Source: a virus
Taxonomy: Duplodnaviria; Heunggongvirae; Uroviricota; Caudoviricetes; Peduoviridae
DNA: 37,453 nt
Strand: one strand, 5' to 3'
Virus record (IMG/VR): IMGVR_UViG_2563366824_000006
How positions within the stretch are numbered: position 1 is the first letter of the stretch; each line of letters opens with the position of its first letter. Of the stretch, positions 36,554-37,453 are shown piece by piece. A program made the translations under genes and the position numbers. Under the pieces are notes generated by a model. That model had not been told where the DNA came from. It was given only the letters and a program-made list of their open reading frames with translations, and did not search any database.

Positions 36554-37453
36554 ATGGCAGAATTTCCCGCCAGCTTACTGATTCTTAATGGCAAAAGTAC
36601 TGACAATTTACCATTGCGCGAAGCAATTATGCTGTTGCGTGAGGAAGGAATGACGATCCATGTGCGGGTCACCTGGGAGAAAGGCGATGCCGCACGATAT
36701 GTAGAGGAGGCCCGGAAGTTGGGCGTCGCAACGGTGATTGCCGGTGGTGGCGATGGCACCATTAATGAAGTTTCTACGGCGTTGATTCAGTGTGAGGGGG
36801 ATGACATACCCGCGCTAGGAATTTTGCCATTAGGAACCGCCAATGATTTTGCCACCAGTGTAAGGATTCCTGAGGCACTGGATAAGGCGCTGAAACTGGC
36901 AATTGCCGGTGACGCCATTGCGATAGATATGGCGCAGGTCAACAAACAAACCTGTTTTATTAATATGGCGACAGGCGGATTTGGGACGCGTATTACCACA
37001 GAAACGCCGGAAAAATTAAAAGCCGCGCTGGGTGGCGTCTCTTACATCATTCATGGCTTAATGCGCATGGATACTCTGCAACCGGACCGTTGTGAGATCC
37101 GCGGTGAAAACTTTCACTGGCAAGGTGACGCCCTGGTCATTGGTATTGGTAACGGGCGTCAGGCCGGTGGCGGTCAGCAATTGTGCCCGAACGCGTTAAT
37201 TAACGATGGCTTGCTGCAACTGCGCATTTTTACCGGCGATGAAATTCTTCCGGCTCTCGTATCAACATTAAAATCTGACGAAGATAACCCGAATATTATC
37301 GAAGGCGCTTCGTCGTGGTTTGATATACAAGCCCCACACGAAATCACTTTTAATCTTGATGGCGAACCGTTGAGCGGACAAAACTTTCATATTGAAATAC
37401 TTCCGGCGGCGTTGCGTTGTCGATTACCACCAGATTGCCCATTGTTGCGTTAA
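36554..37453 (+). CDS. yegS: Lipid kinase YegS (DAGK_cat family; host gene)
   Basis: 299-aa ORF with GGDGT motif; recognised as E. coli YegS; stop codon is the last triplet of the window. Confidence 0.9.
   Translation: MAEFPASLLILNGKSTDNLPLREAIMLLREEGMTIHVRVTWEKGDAARYVEEARKLGVATVIAGGGDGTINEVSTALIQCEGDDIPALGILPLGTANDFATSVRIPEALDKALKLAIAGDAIAIDMAQVNKQTCFINMATGGFGTRITTETPEKLKAALGGVSYIIHGLMRMDTLQPDRCEIRGENFHWQGDALVIGIGNGRQAGGGQQLCPNALINDGLLQLRIFTGDEILPALVSTLKSDEDNPNIIEGASSWFDIQAPHEITFNLDGEPLSGQNFHIEILPAALRCRLPPDCPLLR

Noticed and set aside
1-37453. CRISPR arrays, tRNA or rRNA genes, and insertion-sequence transposases
   Set aside because: No regularly spaced short repeats, no cloverleaf-like tRNA candidates at the att sites (the integration target is the sRNA cyaR, not a tRNA), and no transposase-like ORFs or terminal inverted repeats were seen.

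Overview
The window is an E. coli-type chromosomal segment (yegQ at the left, yegR/yegS at the right) carrying an apparently intact P2-like temperate prophage of about 34.2 kb (roughly 1507..35665). The prophage is bounded by a 28-bp direct repeat that overlaps the 3' terminator of the sRNA gene cyaR. All gene calls rest on reading the supplied ORF translations and the nucleotide sequence by eye and on recall of P2 proteins; no database search was run. The backbone is collinear with P2, in reverse orientation to the standard map: ogr, D, U, T, E/E+E', FII, FI, [cargo], G, H, I, J, W, V, [cargo], S, R, lysC/lysB/lysA, K, Y, X, L, M, N, O (all minus strand), then P, Q (plus), cos, [cargo], A, orf83-80, B, orf78, cox (minus), C, int (plus). 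Three visibly AT-rich cargo islands sit where P2 carries Z/fun, orf30 and tin/old, and none of them looks like the P2 genes. The most interesting is at the Z/fun position: an Abi-like protein followed by a protein with M48-type zinc-metallopeptidase motifs (HEVGH, ExxADGFA, THPxxxxR), a pairing I do not recognise as a described defence system. The tin/old position holds a 735-aa RloC/PrrC-like ABC ATPase with a CxxC zinc hook, and the orf30 position holds an opposite-strand three-helix membrane protein. The Abi-like gene is flanked by degenerate 42-bp direct repeats with a palindromic core, and tail-fibre gene H carries three tandem repeats of about 90 aa.
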